Below are positions 53,179 through 64,000 of a stretch of 64,000 nucleotides of DNA, piece by piece. A program made the translations under genes and the position numbers. The notes below the pieces were generated by a model. It made no database searches and had not been told where the DNA came from. It was given only the letters and a program-made list of their open reading frames with translations. Position 1 is the first letter of the stretch, and each line of letters begins with the position of its first letter. The stretch is from Moniliella sp. 'wahieum'. Its lineage: Eukaryota. The stretch spans positions 62,001 through 126,000 of the forward strand of contig RSEE01000134.1 of the NCBI GenBank assembly GCA_003971905.1, written 5' to 3'.

Positions 53179-54259
53179 TTACTTCTTGTAGCTGTAGAAG
53201 CCCTCGCCCGACTTGCGGCCGAGCTTGCCCTCGGACACGAGCTTGTCCAGCACGGGGTCGTCTCCACCACGTCCTCCGTCAGGCCCGACTTGCCAATGTA
53301 CTCGGCCTTCCAGCCGTTGAGAATGTTGCGCACCGTGTCGAGGCCGACCATGTCGGAGAGCTCAAACGGTCCCATCGGGTACCCGGCACCCAGCTTCATC
53401 GCCGTGTCAATGTCCTCCTTGGTCGCGTCCCCGCGCTCGCAAGACGGATGGCGTCGGCCATGTACGGGATCAGCAGACGGTTGACAATGAACCTGACCAC
53501 AAGCAAAGAACAAGAACCAATCGCACGTCAGTATGGATCCCCTTGCAAGTCCACCTAAGGCTTTTCGCACGAAAAATTTACAGGCGCAAGTGTGGACGTA
53601 CCCAGGGGTGTCCTTGCAGCGGGCCGGGACTTGCCCATGCGGCGAGCGACGTCGAGGAGGTCGTCAAACGTCTCCTGGGACGTCTGGTCGGTGCGAATGA
53701 CCTCGATGAGCTTCATGCGCGGCACGGGGTTGAACGCGTGGAAGCCGGCAAACTTGTCCTTTTGCGGCACGGCCTCGGCAATGGCCGAGATGGAGAGGGA
53801 GGAAGTTTGGAAGCGAGGATGGTGTGCGACGGCACCGACTCGGCAATCGACGCAAACAGCTTGCGCTTAATCTCGACATTCTCCACAATCGCTTCCACCA
53901 CCAAATCCGTCTCGGCGAGCGCGGGCTTGGCATCCGTCGTCCACGTAATCGAGTCGGCCACCTTGGCTGCCCATGCGGCCTGCTCCGCCTCGGGCATCTT
54001 GTTGTGGTGCGCGAGACGCTGCGCACTGGACAGCACAATGCCATGGCCCTTCTTGAGCGCGGCCTCGGACGTGTCGGCAATGGTGACTTGGAACCCGTTC
54101 TGGGCCATGACTTGGCCAATGCCCGAGCCCATCAGACCGGCACCAAACACGGTGACCTTGTTGACCTGGGCGGCCGGGCGGCGGAGGTGGCGAGCGTGCG
54201 GCGGGCGGCGAGGCAAGGGCGGCGCGGGGGGCGGTGCGGGCAGCAGCAAGGAAGACCAT
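53179..54259 (-). CDS. Mitochondrial short-chain 3-hydroxyacyl-CoA dehydrogenase (HADH/Had1-like)
   Basis: Rossmann motif VTVFGAGLMGSGIGQVMAQNGFQV, DLVVEAIVENVEIKRKLF, FAGFHAFNPVPRMKLIEVI, GDATKEDIDTAMKLGAGYPMGPFELSDMVGLDT and KLGRKSGEGFYSYKK*. Intron at 53493-53601; TATA at ~54323-54334. Confidence 0.95.
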
Positions 54260-54929
54260 GGGGGGGCAGAGGGAGGGAGGGAGGGTGGATGTTGGTGGTG
54301 GTGGGTGTTGCGCAGGGGGGGTTATATATATATAGACGGACGACGGCGGACAAAGGCCCGGGTGAGCGCGCCTTCGTCACGGCCCCTGTGCGGCGTTTGT
54401 GACGCGGCGCAAGGGGGCCCGTTGGGGGCGCAGGCGACTGGGTCGACGGTTGGACACGCTGGCCGCTGCGCCGAGGGCGGCGTGCGGGCCATGTTGGCCA
54501 TCCAGCGTTGATGTCATTCCGGCGGCGGTGCACGTGCATCCGACACACCCCGGGCCATTGTAGCGTCGGCGGGACAGGCACGTGACGCGGTGCCACGTGG
54601 AGGGATGGGCAAGTCATGTGACCTGGTCATGTGACTGGAGGTGCAATTTGCAATGCGGGGGGCTACCCACAGCTACTAGCTAACCCTGGCTGGCGTGCTG
54701 CTGGCTGGGCGCCACACCGGCCGTACTGGTCACTCACCAGTCACCAGTCACTCCACTCCCTCCGCGCCGGCCTCACCCGCTTGGAGCGTGTTGGTGCCTG
54801 CGCTTAGCATTGCCATTGCCATTGCCATTGCCATAGCCATAGCCACCACCACCATCATCACCGCCATCCCCATCGCCATCGCCACCACCATTACCATCAC
54901 CATCACCATCACCACCCCCACCGGCTCCC

Positions 54930-57296
54930 ATGGCCAACCCCCCTCCCCCCGACACGTCCACCCGCAAGAAGGCCTCCTGGATCCTGCGCAAGTTCCGCCG
55001 CACCTCCGCTGCCCATGAGACCGTGGCCAGCGCCGCCGCGGCCACCCACCAGGCGCACGCCCAGCCGCCCGCGCCTGCCCCCCCGCCCCCACTCCCCACG
55101 GGCACTGGCGCTGGTGCTGGTGCTGGTGCTGGTGCTGGTGGGTGTGCTGGTGCTGGTGCCGGCGCAGCGGCCGCCGCCGGCATTGGATCCAGCTCCGGAT
55201 CCGGCCTCGGCTCCACCTCCGCCTCGTCCTCCGCCTCCCCGTCCACCTCCACCTCCGCCTCGGCCTCCACCAGCCCAGGCGTGGCATTGGGCCTGAGCGT
55301 CTGCGCTGGTGGCCCCGCCGCCGCTGCGGGACTCCCCGCTTCCTCCCGTCCCTCTTCCTCCCGCGCCCGTCCGGGCGACCGCTCCCACTGGGCGCCCACC
55401 CGCTCCACCTCGCGCGCCAAGGGCAAGCAGCGCGCCGTCGACCCGCCCGCCGACCACGCGCCCGCGCCCCTTGCCTCCCGCCTTGCGCGCCGCGCCGACA
55501 GCCGCCGCGCCCCGCCCGTCAGTCTTCCCCTCGTCGACTCGCCCTTCCGCCGCTCTTCCTGGGACTCGGCCTCGTCCCGCAGCAATGCGGGCCAATCGGG
55601 CGGGCTCGCGCTGCGTGCGGCGCCGACGGCGACAGGCACCGGCCCTGGCTCGCTGCGTCGCCCACAGAGCATGCTCTCCATTGGCTCCACCACGCCTTCC
55701 TGGGGCTTTGCGCGCGTGCCTTCCGGCTCGAGCCCACGCCACCCGTCCTTCCCGCCGCCGTCGCGTGTGCTCTGGTTTGACTACGACGACCCGGATCCCG
55801 ACCACGACACGCCGCTCATGCGCCCGCGCAGCCTCAGCTTCTCCTTGGGACGACGCACCAGCCCCGAGCCCGAGGCGGACGCGCTCGAGACCAATTCCCT
55901 CTTCTCGGACCGCAGCCCCAGTCGGGCGAGCCGCGCGAGCACCAAACCCACCACGCTCCTCAGCTTTGACCCCGCTCCCAGTGCGTTTTTCCTTCCTACA
56001 CATGCATGCCGTTTCGTTTTGCATTGCTGCCCCTTGTTCCTCTGCTCGACTGACCCCCCCCCGTCGCTGTTTGGTTCGCAGGCATCCACCATGCGCACAT
56101 TGCCCAAGCCCCGCCGCCGCGCTTCCGCACCCGCCGCTCGTCCGATTGGGCGCATGCCCGCGCCGGCGGCACAGCGCCCACCTCGGCCATCCGGTTTGCC
56201 CAGCGCTTCTTTGGCGGCCACGGCTCCACCGCCCAGCCGCCGCATGTCAGTCCCCCACCCCGCTCCCACCCAGTGGCAGTGCGCTTCCTTCGCCCCAATC
56301 CCCCTCCCTGCCTCGCCCCAGCCGATCGAGATGGGCGCAGCGGACCGCGAGCGTGGCGTGTTCCGCGTCCTGGTCACCGGTCAGACCGACTACGAAGCCC
56401 AGCGCGACCCAGAAGGCGTCATCAGCGTCCCGGGCCACCACCGCCCGCACCCAGGCTTCAACCCGCTCCCGTCTTCCCTCCCAGCGGACAATGCGAGTGT
56501 GCTGACGCTCGCGTCGAGCAACGCGGCGTACAGTGTCGCTGGTACCGTGCCCGGGACCGGCGCGGCCTCGTTCCGCTCCGTCTTGGGCGCGCTCAATGAC
56601 GGTCGGTCAGTGACGAATGCGCGCCCGGGTTCGTTGGCTGGGTCACTGGGTGCTTCGGGTGCCGGGCCCCCTGCGCCTGCGCCTGCGCCTGCCCCCGGCT
56701 CTGGCCCACGTCCTACCTCGATCGCATCCCACTCCTACTCGTACTCCTACCCCGACCCGTTCCGCGCCGTTGGCAGTTCGCGGTCCCAGCGCCCGTCCAG
56801 TACGGGCGGAGGCAAGTCCTTGACGCTGGGCGAGGGACCAAGGCGCTACTCGAGCGACACGCAGGCGTCGATGCGCGCCTTACCGCCTCTCAGCCGACGC
56901 GGGTCCGCCGCTAGCTCCACCACGCGCACCAGTACCCATGCGCTGTCGCTTCGCTCTGATGGTCTCGTGCCCTCCCTCGCCGCTAGCGCCGTGTCCAACC
57001 CCCTCGACCTCTCGTCCCCGCTCGCGCTGGACCCGGCCGAACCGCCTCCGGCTCCGCTCCCCTCCGAGTCGGACGAGGCGCAGGCGGAGGAAGGTCATGC
57101 GCAACAGCTTCAACATCACCATCACCATCACCACCACCACCGGCAACGGCAAGAAGCGCACTCGGCCTCGGTCGGATCCACTTCGGACCATGCCGAAGCG
57201 CGCACCACTACCCCCACCTCCCTTGCGCACCGGGACGAGACGGGTCCTTCCACCCCGCGCTCCAGCTCACTGGCGCGCCACTACGCGTCTGTCTGA
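54930..57296 (+). CDS. Hypothetical Ser/Pro/Ala-rich disordered protein with a poly-His tract
   Basis: Long ORF (788 codons) with a plausible start MANPPPPDTSTRKKASWILRKFRR. Probable intron at ~55982-56081 (GTGCGT...CTGAC...CAG). A less repetitive island reads HHRPHPGFNPLPSSLPADNASVLTLASSNA. Confidence 0.65.
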   Translation: MANPPPPDTSTRKKASWILRKFRRTSAAHETVASAAAATHQAHAQPPAPAPPPPLPTGTGAGAGAGAGAGGCAGAGAGAAAAAGIGSSSGSGLGSTSASSSASPSTSTSASASTSPGVALGLSVCAGGPAAAAGLPASSRPSSSRARPGDRSHWAPTRSTSRAKGKQRAVDPPADHAPAPLASRLARRADSRRAPPVSLPLVDSPFRRSSWDSASSRSNAGQSGGLALRAAPTATGTGPGSLRRPQSMLSIGSTTPSWGFARVPSGSSPRHPSFPPPSRVLWFDYDDPDPDHDTPLMRPRSLSFSLGRRTSPEPEADALETNSLFSDRSPSRASRASTKPTTLLSFDPAPSAFFLPTHACRFVLHCCPLFLCSTDPPPSLFGSQASTMRTLPKPRRRASAPAARPIGRMPAPAAQRPPRPSGLPSASLAATAPPPSRRMSVPHPAPTQWQCASFAPIPLPASPQPIEMGAADRERGVFRVLVTGQTDYEAQRDPEGVISVPGHHRPHPGFNPLPSSLPADNASVLTLASSNAAYSVAGTVPGTGAASFRSVLGALNDGRSVTNARPGSLAGSLGASGAGPPAPAPAPAPGSGPRPTSIASHSYSYSYPDPFRAVGSSRSQRPSSTGGGKSLTLGEGPRRYSSDTQASMRALPPLSRRGSAASSTTRTSTHALSLRSDGLVPSLAASAVSNPLDLSSPLALDPAEPPPAPLPSESDEAQAEEGHAQQLQHHHHHHHHHRQRQEAHSASVGSTSDHAEARTTTPTSLAHRDETGPSTPRSSSLARHYASV

Positions 57297-58155
57297 GAGG
57301 AGATGCGGTATGGGGGGGGCACCCTGTTGGCTTTGGGGGTGACTTCGCTGCCTACTTTTTTTGGACCTTTTCTTTTACCTTCCCTTCCCTCCCTTTCCCT
57401 TCTTTGCTCTGCCCTTCTCTACTCTGTCCTGTCCTTCCCCCCTCCCCTGAGCCACACCAAACCGGGCAATGAGCATGGCGTCGGGACTGCACGAACTGAG
57501 CTATACAAATGGGAGACCACGTAGCCCACCCATCTGCCCGCCACCCACCGGGGGGTTGGGTCGGAGGTACGTTGCGCTCGCTGGGCGGACGGTGGTGGGA
57601 CCGAACGGTCGCGCAGGTAGTTGATCAGGGTCATCTCGCGGGGCAACAAGCCGACGCCCACCGAGGCCTGTCTTGTTTCCCCACGAATAGTCAGTCGTCT
57701 GCGTCGTAACCTCCCCCTGCAGCGCCGCAGCATCCTGGAACGCCCAGTTGACCGGGCCCATCGTGCGCTTCGCAATGGGCCGAGGGGGGGCAGATCGGCT
57801 GTCTGTTGCTCCGTCTTCGCTTTCCCGTTGGTCGGACCCGCCTCGGCACCGCATCCGGCCGCACACGGCCATGGGTCTCTACCTGCCTATGCAAAGCGGG
57901 ACGCTTTCTTGCCAACCCGCGTGGCATCGGGGGATGCGGCTGAGGCTGCTAAGGTTGGTATTGTCACCGCCGTTCTCTGCACCGCCTCGCTGCCTCACCA
58001 GAACTCCGCGACGGACCGCATGAGCGTCCGCCACGCTCTACTCAAGGCCACCCCAGCGTTCAGCGTAGCCCACCACCCGAGCTGGGGCGTCCTGCCAGTC
58101 CAGCGATGGAGTGCGGGGCGTGCCGCGGCCGCCTCCTTTGGACAGCTTCGGGATG

Positions 58156-58669
58156 CTATGTTTTCTTGAGCGACGTTCGCGTCGGTCGCGCGCTGCCTTG
58201 CGGCCGTGCCCGGACGCGGACGCGGGCGGATCCGCCCCCGGCGCACCGGCTCTGCCTGCGTCTGCGCGTCCGTGTCCGCATGCTGGCGGACATGCGGGCG
58301 GTTCTGGTCGTGGTACCAGGCGGCGATTTCGGTGGCAATGTGCATGTCCCGCGCCGAGTCTTCCTCAAAGATCTGCTCCAGCATGCGGTCGGCGCGGCGC
58401 ATCATGTACTCGATCGCCTGGAAGTCGCGCTTGCCGATCCGCCGCCCTGGGACGGATGCGCAAACGCATAGCGCAGGTACATGTGGAAGTGCGGCCTGGT
58501 TTCCTGCGCAGAGCAACGCCGAGCGCGGGTCAGCGTCAGTGGGGGGCCGACACAGAGGTTAGGGGGCTACGCAAACGCACCGCCGGCTTGGTCCGGATGG
58601 CGCGCAGGCCACGCCGGTACAGCGCCAGCACGTCCTTTGCAGCTGCGTCAGACGCCGCGGAGCAGACAT
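58156..58669 (-). CDS. SDH6: Succinate dehydrogenase assembly factor 1 (LYR-motif protein)
   Basis: MSAPRRLTQLQ(K)DVLALYRRGLRAIRTKPA (LYR motif), a short intron GTGCGT...CTAAC...CTGAC at ~58530-58580, then IGKRDFQAIEYMMRRADRMLEQIF, typical of SDHAF1/Sdh6. Stop uncertain. Confidence 0.82.
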
Positions 58670-59029
58670 GGCGGCGATGGAGGAACACACGCACACAACA
58701 CCACTCCAATCCCACCGCCACCCCCACCACCGCCACCGCCATCCATCCAATCACCCTTGCTGCCCCGCGGCCTCGCCAGGCGTGTCACATGTTCGTACCC
58801 CCACCTTCGAGAATTAACTAATTCGCTCGCCAATTCCGCACCGGAGTGGGTTATTGATTGCCGTACATTGATCTGTCAGCATCGCCGTCGCCTGCCCCGC
58901 CCCATCCGCAAGCCCTCCGCTGCCATCTCCCGCGTCGTGCCCATCCACCTCTCTCGTCGTCGGCCCCGACTCTCCTTCTCCTTCTCCTTCTCCTTCTCCT
59001 TCTCCCACCACCACTACACGTAACCCACC

Positions 59030-60927
59030 ATGTTTACCTGGCTGCGCCGAGCGGTGGGCAGCGGCGATGGCGCCGCCCCTTCGCCGCCGCAGGACCCCGG
59101 CACCTCTTCTCCCAGTCGCGAGAGTGGCACGCGAGCGCCCTCGGAGGCGGCTGCGCCGCGGCGCCGGCGCCCGCCGAGCCGCTGCGGCACAATGTGCTGT
59201 TTGCCGGGCTGCGGCGGAGCGGCAAGACGAGCATTTTGAAGCGGGTGTACGAGAACCTCGAGTCGAACGAGACGCTGTACCTGTCGAGCGATACCACGAG
59301 CCGCAACAACCAGTGGATGGTCAAGCCGGTCGATGGCTTTGTGCCGCTGCGGCTGTGGGACGGCCCGGACCCGTACACGACCCCCGCGCGCCGCGCGCGA
59401 GCAAGGGTCGAGTTTGATGAGCCGCCGCCGGGCGTGGCGGCGGTATGGAAGGACCAGCAGTTGCGATGGGAAGACGTGGGCGGGGGTGTGTGTGATGATT
59501 CGCTCGACGTCTACACCCAAGCGCTGATGCGCTGCACCGAAGTCATCCTCACCAGCTTTGCGTTCACCCCAACATCAAGTACCACATTTTTGTCCACAAG
59601 CTCGACCAGGGCCCCGGCCGCGACACGAGCTTTGGCATGGAAGAGAAGCGAGGCGGTCAAGAGCATGGAAGGCAACATTCGCCAAGAACTCGCCGATGCG
59701 TCGACGCGTTCCAGTTCGCGCCGTCGGGCGCGGCGATGTGGGCGCGCGCAAGGCCGCAGAGAAGGCGCGCGTGGACCAGGCCAGTCGGCAGGCGCACGCC
59801 GAGGTCAGTCCCTTGGCCAGCAGCTCCACCGGCTTGGGCATCGAGGCCGGCGACTACTTTGGCTCCTCGGCGGGCCCGAGCGTGCGTCGGACTTTCTCGA
59901 TCCGCACCACCTCGAGCCGCGCAGTCTCGGCCACTCGTCCTGGTCCGGCTCCGACTCGGAACGCATCATCCCGCTCGAGCAGGCAGTCGACATTGAGTTC
60001 CACGGCACCTCCATCTACGACTCGTCTGTGCTGCTGGCCGTGTCCAAGGTGCAGCAGTCGCTGATGGAGCCGTACCTGCTGCGCGGCTCGAGTCGGCCGT
60101 GGCAGGCATCTCGGCCAACTGCCGCTTCGACGGCGCGTTCCTGGTGGATGTAGCGTCGAAACTCTACCTCGCCTCCAACCTGCCCTCGCCCACCGAGACG
60201 CCGTACGAGATTGTCAACGAGTACCTGTCGTTTATCATTGGCCCCTCGGCCATCTACGCCGAGCTGCAAGACCCCGACGTGCCGCCAGGTCAAGTATGAT
60301 CCCGATGTGCCCATGCCCGTCCGCCGGGCGCGCGCCCGCGGCCCGAACGCCTCCCTGCCCCGCTCCCGACGGGCGAGAGCCTGGCCAGCTCCGCACGCCC
60401 GTCGCCCTCGTCGCCCGCTGCTGCCCTCGGGCGGGCCCTCGTCCACCTACCTCACCGTCACCCCCGCGTCCCCGCCCACCGCGCTGGGCAAACTCGCCTC
60501 GACGCCCTCCCAGGACGCCACGCCCCAGTCCCAGTCCCAGTCCCAGTCCCAATCCCAGTCTCATTCGCGTTCCACCACCCGCAGCGTGTCCCGCGCAGCA
60601 AAAGTCCACCCCGCACGGGTCGGGCGGGACAAGTGTGCATCCGGCGCCGGCGCCTCGCGCGCCCGCGTCGTCAGCCGAGCCCGCGACGGTCAACACGGGC
60701 CAACTGACCCGGGGCAAGTACAGCTACCGCACCATGGGATGGTGGGCGAGATGGGGCTGGCGTTTTACCAGATTGACAACCACTTTGCCCTGGTCGCCAT
60801 CATTCGCAAGGATGCCCACGAACAGTCGGTCGGCCTGATCCAGTACAACCTCTCCTGGTTCCGCCGCACCATCTCGGAACTCATCACGGTCATCCAGACC
60901 CAGCAACTCAAGTTGCAGAATGCCTAG
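59030..60927 (+). CDS. GTR2: Rag GTPase Gtr2 (RagC/D), TORC1 activator
   Basis: P-loop NVLFAGLRRSGKTSILKRVYENLESNETLYLSS, FVPLRLWDGP, NIKYHIFVHKLD, IEFHGTSIYDSSVLLAVSKVQQSL, NCRFDGAFLVDVASKLYLAS and the C-terminal LAFYQIDNHFALVAII...GLIQYNLSWFRRTISELI. Confidence 0.9.
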
Positions 60928-61106
60928 TGCCTTTCCCTTTCCCTTTCCCGCTCGCCCTCGCCAGCCCCCACAGCTGGCCGCGGGGTCTTCTTCTCTCGAT
61001 ACCTTGGGTGTGGTGTGGTGTGTTTGTGTTTTTGTTTCTGTCTTGTTCTATGGATCTAGAGTGGCCACCACGCACGTGCTAGCCTGCCGTGGCGCACTAC
61101 AGATGA

Positions 61107-61163
61107 AGGGATGCGATGGGATGAGATGGAATGGAATGGGATGGAATGGAATGGGAATTGGGC
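61107..61163. repeat. (GG[GA]AT)n pentamer microsatellite between the convergent GTR2 and PHO81 3' ends
   Basis: GGGATGCGATGGGATGAGATGGAATGGAATGGGATGGAATGGAATGGG read directly. Confidence 0.85.
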
Positions 61164-61187
61164 ACAGAGCTAGCGATCACACGGAGG

Positions 61188-64000
61188 TCACACGGGCTGT
61201 GGCGGTTTGCAGACCAAGATGGTCGGGGACGCAATGCCGTCGGGGCCCGTTTCGGGCGGCGAGCCCGTGTGGGTGGAGCCGACAATGGCGAGCAAGCCGG
61301 CCGCCTGGACGGCCGGGATGAGCGCCGGCATAGCGTCGGCCAGCGTGCGCGGCAGCACGAGCCCCAGCAAGTTGTCGTCGCGCGCAAACCGGCTCGCCTC
61401 GGCGACCGACGCACAGCGCGAGTCCTTCGCTTGCGCCCGCACGGCGCCAGGCCCGCCGCACGCGCATCCACCCCAAACGGCGCGACAAACAGCACGGCAT
61501 AGTTGGGCTGCTTCCATTGAGCGCCGTGCACACCGCCGGATCGTCCGAGGAAAACATCAGGTTGCGCAGCTGCGCCCCGGCCGGCATCGCGCTCGGCACA
61601 TACACCGCGCGCAGGATGGCGTCCACCGCGCGTTCACCTCGGCGCCCGCGCCCGCCGCCATGCCCTCCAGGCGGCACATGCACCGCCACCCCGACGCTCG
61701 CCGGCAACGTCGCCAGCAGATCGTCCAGCGCAACCGTCTTGTCCTTCAGCGCCGTGTCCCATGCCAGAAGTGCGTCGCCTGCGCCGCCGGGAGGCGCCAG
61801 CGCCGCCACCTCGTCTCGACTCAGCGGCGTGCCCAGCGGCCCCGTCCAGGGACCCACCAGCACTTTCCCCCGCACGGCCGAAGGCAGAGCGCGCACCCCC
61901 ACCCGCAGGTAGCGGCCCGGCATGGACGATGCCGAAGGCACTGGCGACGCGGTGGCCGGCTCGCTGGGCAGCGCATTGCGCTTGTCCTCCTCGGGCGTGT
62001 CTTTGTGGTTATCAAAGGGGAACGGCGTGACGACCTGCACCTCGACCGTCAGCGTACCATTGATCCCTGGCCCTCTGGTTCCCCTCCAGCGGCACCGTCA
62101 CCGTCCGACTCGCGTTGGCGCGCCCCGTCACGAGCGGGTTGAGCGTCGCCCGCGCACAAACAACCGTTCTTCCAAACGGCGCAGACAGGGTGTGAACTCG
62201 AGATGCAGCCCGCCTCTTGGCTCGTCCGCCTGCGTCGGCACGCAGCGCGATCCGCTCGGTCCGCGCCAGCGGAAGCGTAATGTTCCATGGCACGCTCAGG
62301 CTCAAGGTGGAGGCACTAAGGGTAAGTTTGAGTGGCAAGGGCAGCGCAGCTACCACGCTCGAGGTAAGTGCTGTCGTCGAGGGCGGGGCCGCGTCGTGGC
62401 CACGCGCAAGAGACGGAGAAGGAGGGAGAGGAATCCGGACGGGATTGAGGTCATCGAGTGGCTGGTGAGCGTAAGACTGACCAGCGCTTGTTCCGGCGAG
62501 CCATCGCCGAGATCACCAAGGTAGCTTGCCCCGTACGTCCGGAAGGGCAAGATGGGAGGAGGAAGGGCGAGGCTGGGGATCGCGTGTCCGCCGCCTTGGG
62601 CGGGCGCACCGAGGGACAAGTCTGGCATCTCGTCGTCGAGCGACAGGGCAGGCACCGGGTCCGGATCCGGATCGCCTTCTTGGCCTTTTTCGACAGACGC
62701 GCCGTGACGGGGAGAGGGAGGCGTTGCTGTTCTGCTTGTGCTCGGCTGGAGCAGCAGTGCGCCACCTGGATTTTGCCTTCCCACGCGGCATAAAACGCGG
62801 GCGTCCTGTCCTTTTCGTCCATCGCCAAAGCGTCGGCCCCCATGCGCCAGCAACCTCTCGGCGGCTTCCACATCGCCCTGCTCGGCAGCGAAAAAGAGCG
62901 GCGTCCACCCGCCGCGCAACGCATCTCGTCCCTCGGTCGAGGCACCCCACATCAGCAGGATGGCCAGGCACTCGGTTGACCCGGCCGCGGGACGCCGCCA
63001 GCGCAGCGGCACCCAACGCCGCCGACGCAGCTTCCCTTCGGCCGGGGCAGACAAGAGCAAACGCAGGATCTCGGCCCGACCACGCTCGGCGGCCAAGGTC
63101 ACGGCCTGGGCCAAATCCGCCAGAGGCACCAGCGGGGTGGGCATGGTGCGAGGCCAAAAGTTGTCGCACCACCCCTTCGTGGTTCTCCTGTACGGCCACT
63201 GCAGTGCCGCACTCAGCCCGTCTTCGGCCTCTTGCTCCTTGGCGTCCGGAGAAGGTGAGCATGTGCGGCAACAGCACCGGCACCGCCGCTGCACACCCGC
63301 GCACAGCTGCGTAGCCCAAGGGAACGCGCGTGTAGGCGTCCTTGGCCCGCGTGGCGGCAGCCATGGCCTTGTCTTGGTCCGCCTTGTTCGGCCCCGCCGC
63401 CGAGGCAGCATGCGCCAGACCGGCACGAAGCAGATCGGCACTTTGATCGGTTGGCGTTACGCCGCCGTCGATCCCGGCGCCAGCGGCCATGTGCAGGCCT
63501 GGCGGGCATTGAGATCGTCCGCGTGGGAAAAGGCGACATCGGCCAAGGCCATGGCATCTGGGTCGGCAGCGTCAAGGTCACTACTGGATACGGCCGCGAG
63601 GACCGCGTCGGTTGCCGTGGTGGCCGCAGCCAGTTCGTCCCACAGCACGCGCCACAGCGCCGCTTGGACACAGGGTTCCTCCCCCTGGTCAAGAAGCAGC
63701 TGCGCTGCACAAGTCGCCGGACCGCAGGCGGTGGCCAGCGGGCCTCTTTCCAGGCCAGGGGGCCTTGGAGTGCGTCGGCTTGGGACGCCGGCGTGGGGGC
63801 GGCGACGAGCGAGGTCAATTGGCTCGAGGCCGTCGCGGCGAGCGAGGCATGAGGTGCGATCAAAGCACGGCTGGATGTCCAGTTGGCGAGCCAGGTACAG
63901 CTCGCGCACTTGGCTTTTCGACCGCTTGTCCCACTTCTTGAGGATCTTGCGCATGCCCACCGCGTTGAGCTCGACAAACTGTTCCAGGCGTGCCAGGGCG
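61188..64000 (-). CDS. PHO81: Pho81/Nuc-2 CDK inhibitor of the PHO pathway (SPX - ankyrin repeats - GDPD-like domain), 5'-truncated by the window edge
   Basis: SPX end LEQFVELNAVGMRKILKKWDKRSKSQVRELYLARQLDIQPCFDR. Ankyrin repeats AKDAYTRVPLGYAAVRG and GGWTPLFFAAEQGDVEAAERLL. Linker IPSLALPPPILPFRTYGASYL. GDPD-like segments LMFSSDDPAVCTALNWKQPNYAVLF and SVAEASRFARDDNLLGLVL. Confidence 0.88.

Noticed and set aside
61188..64000. GDE1 glycerophosphodiesterase as an alternative call for the SPX-ANK-GDPD gene
   Set aside because: The GDPD-like part lacks the catalytic GHRG motif, and the KILKKWDKRSKS and KQPNYAV segments fit Pho81/Nuc-2 better.

Overview
Eukaryotic, GC-rich and intron-poor fungal DNA, most likely a basidiomycete of the Ustilaginomycotina type. 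That placement is an inference from gene content, short GT-AG introns with CTRAC branch points and protein style. About 17 protein-coding loci are present. The recognisable ones are ILV5, LYS4, EXO1, MAD1, SEC65/SRP19, TPP2, SEC14, ERD2, COX10, NCL1/TRM4, a mitochondrial carrier, a short-chain 3-hydroxyacyl-CoA dehydrogenase, SDH6, GTR2 and the 3' part of PHO81/nuc-2. Four further loci encode hypothetical or low-complexity proteins. Almost every conserved gene is split by many frameshifts, which most likely reflect an unpolished assembly, so CDS coordinates are gene spans rather than exact exon models. Genes alternate with lower-GC non-coding islands. These islands hold a Ty1/copia RNase H relic, a two-copy dispersed repeat (one copy internally deleted) and a recurring family of 7-bp-period repeats, several built on palindromes, including a perfect 26-bp palindrome. 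Two blocks of these repeats flank a ~2.8 kb island in inverted order. I see no CRISPR array, rRNA or tRNA, and no clear-cut new multi-gene system. The best candidates for something undescribed are the heptamer-repeat system with its inverted-flanked island and the unclassified dispersed element.
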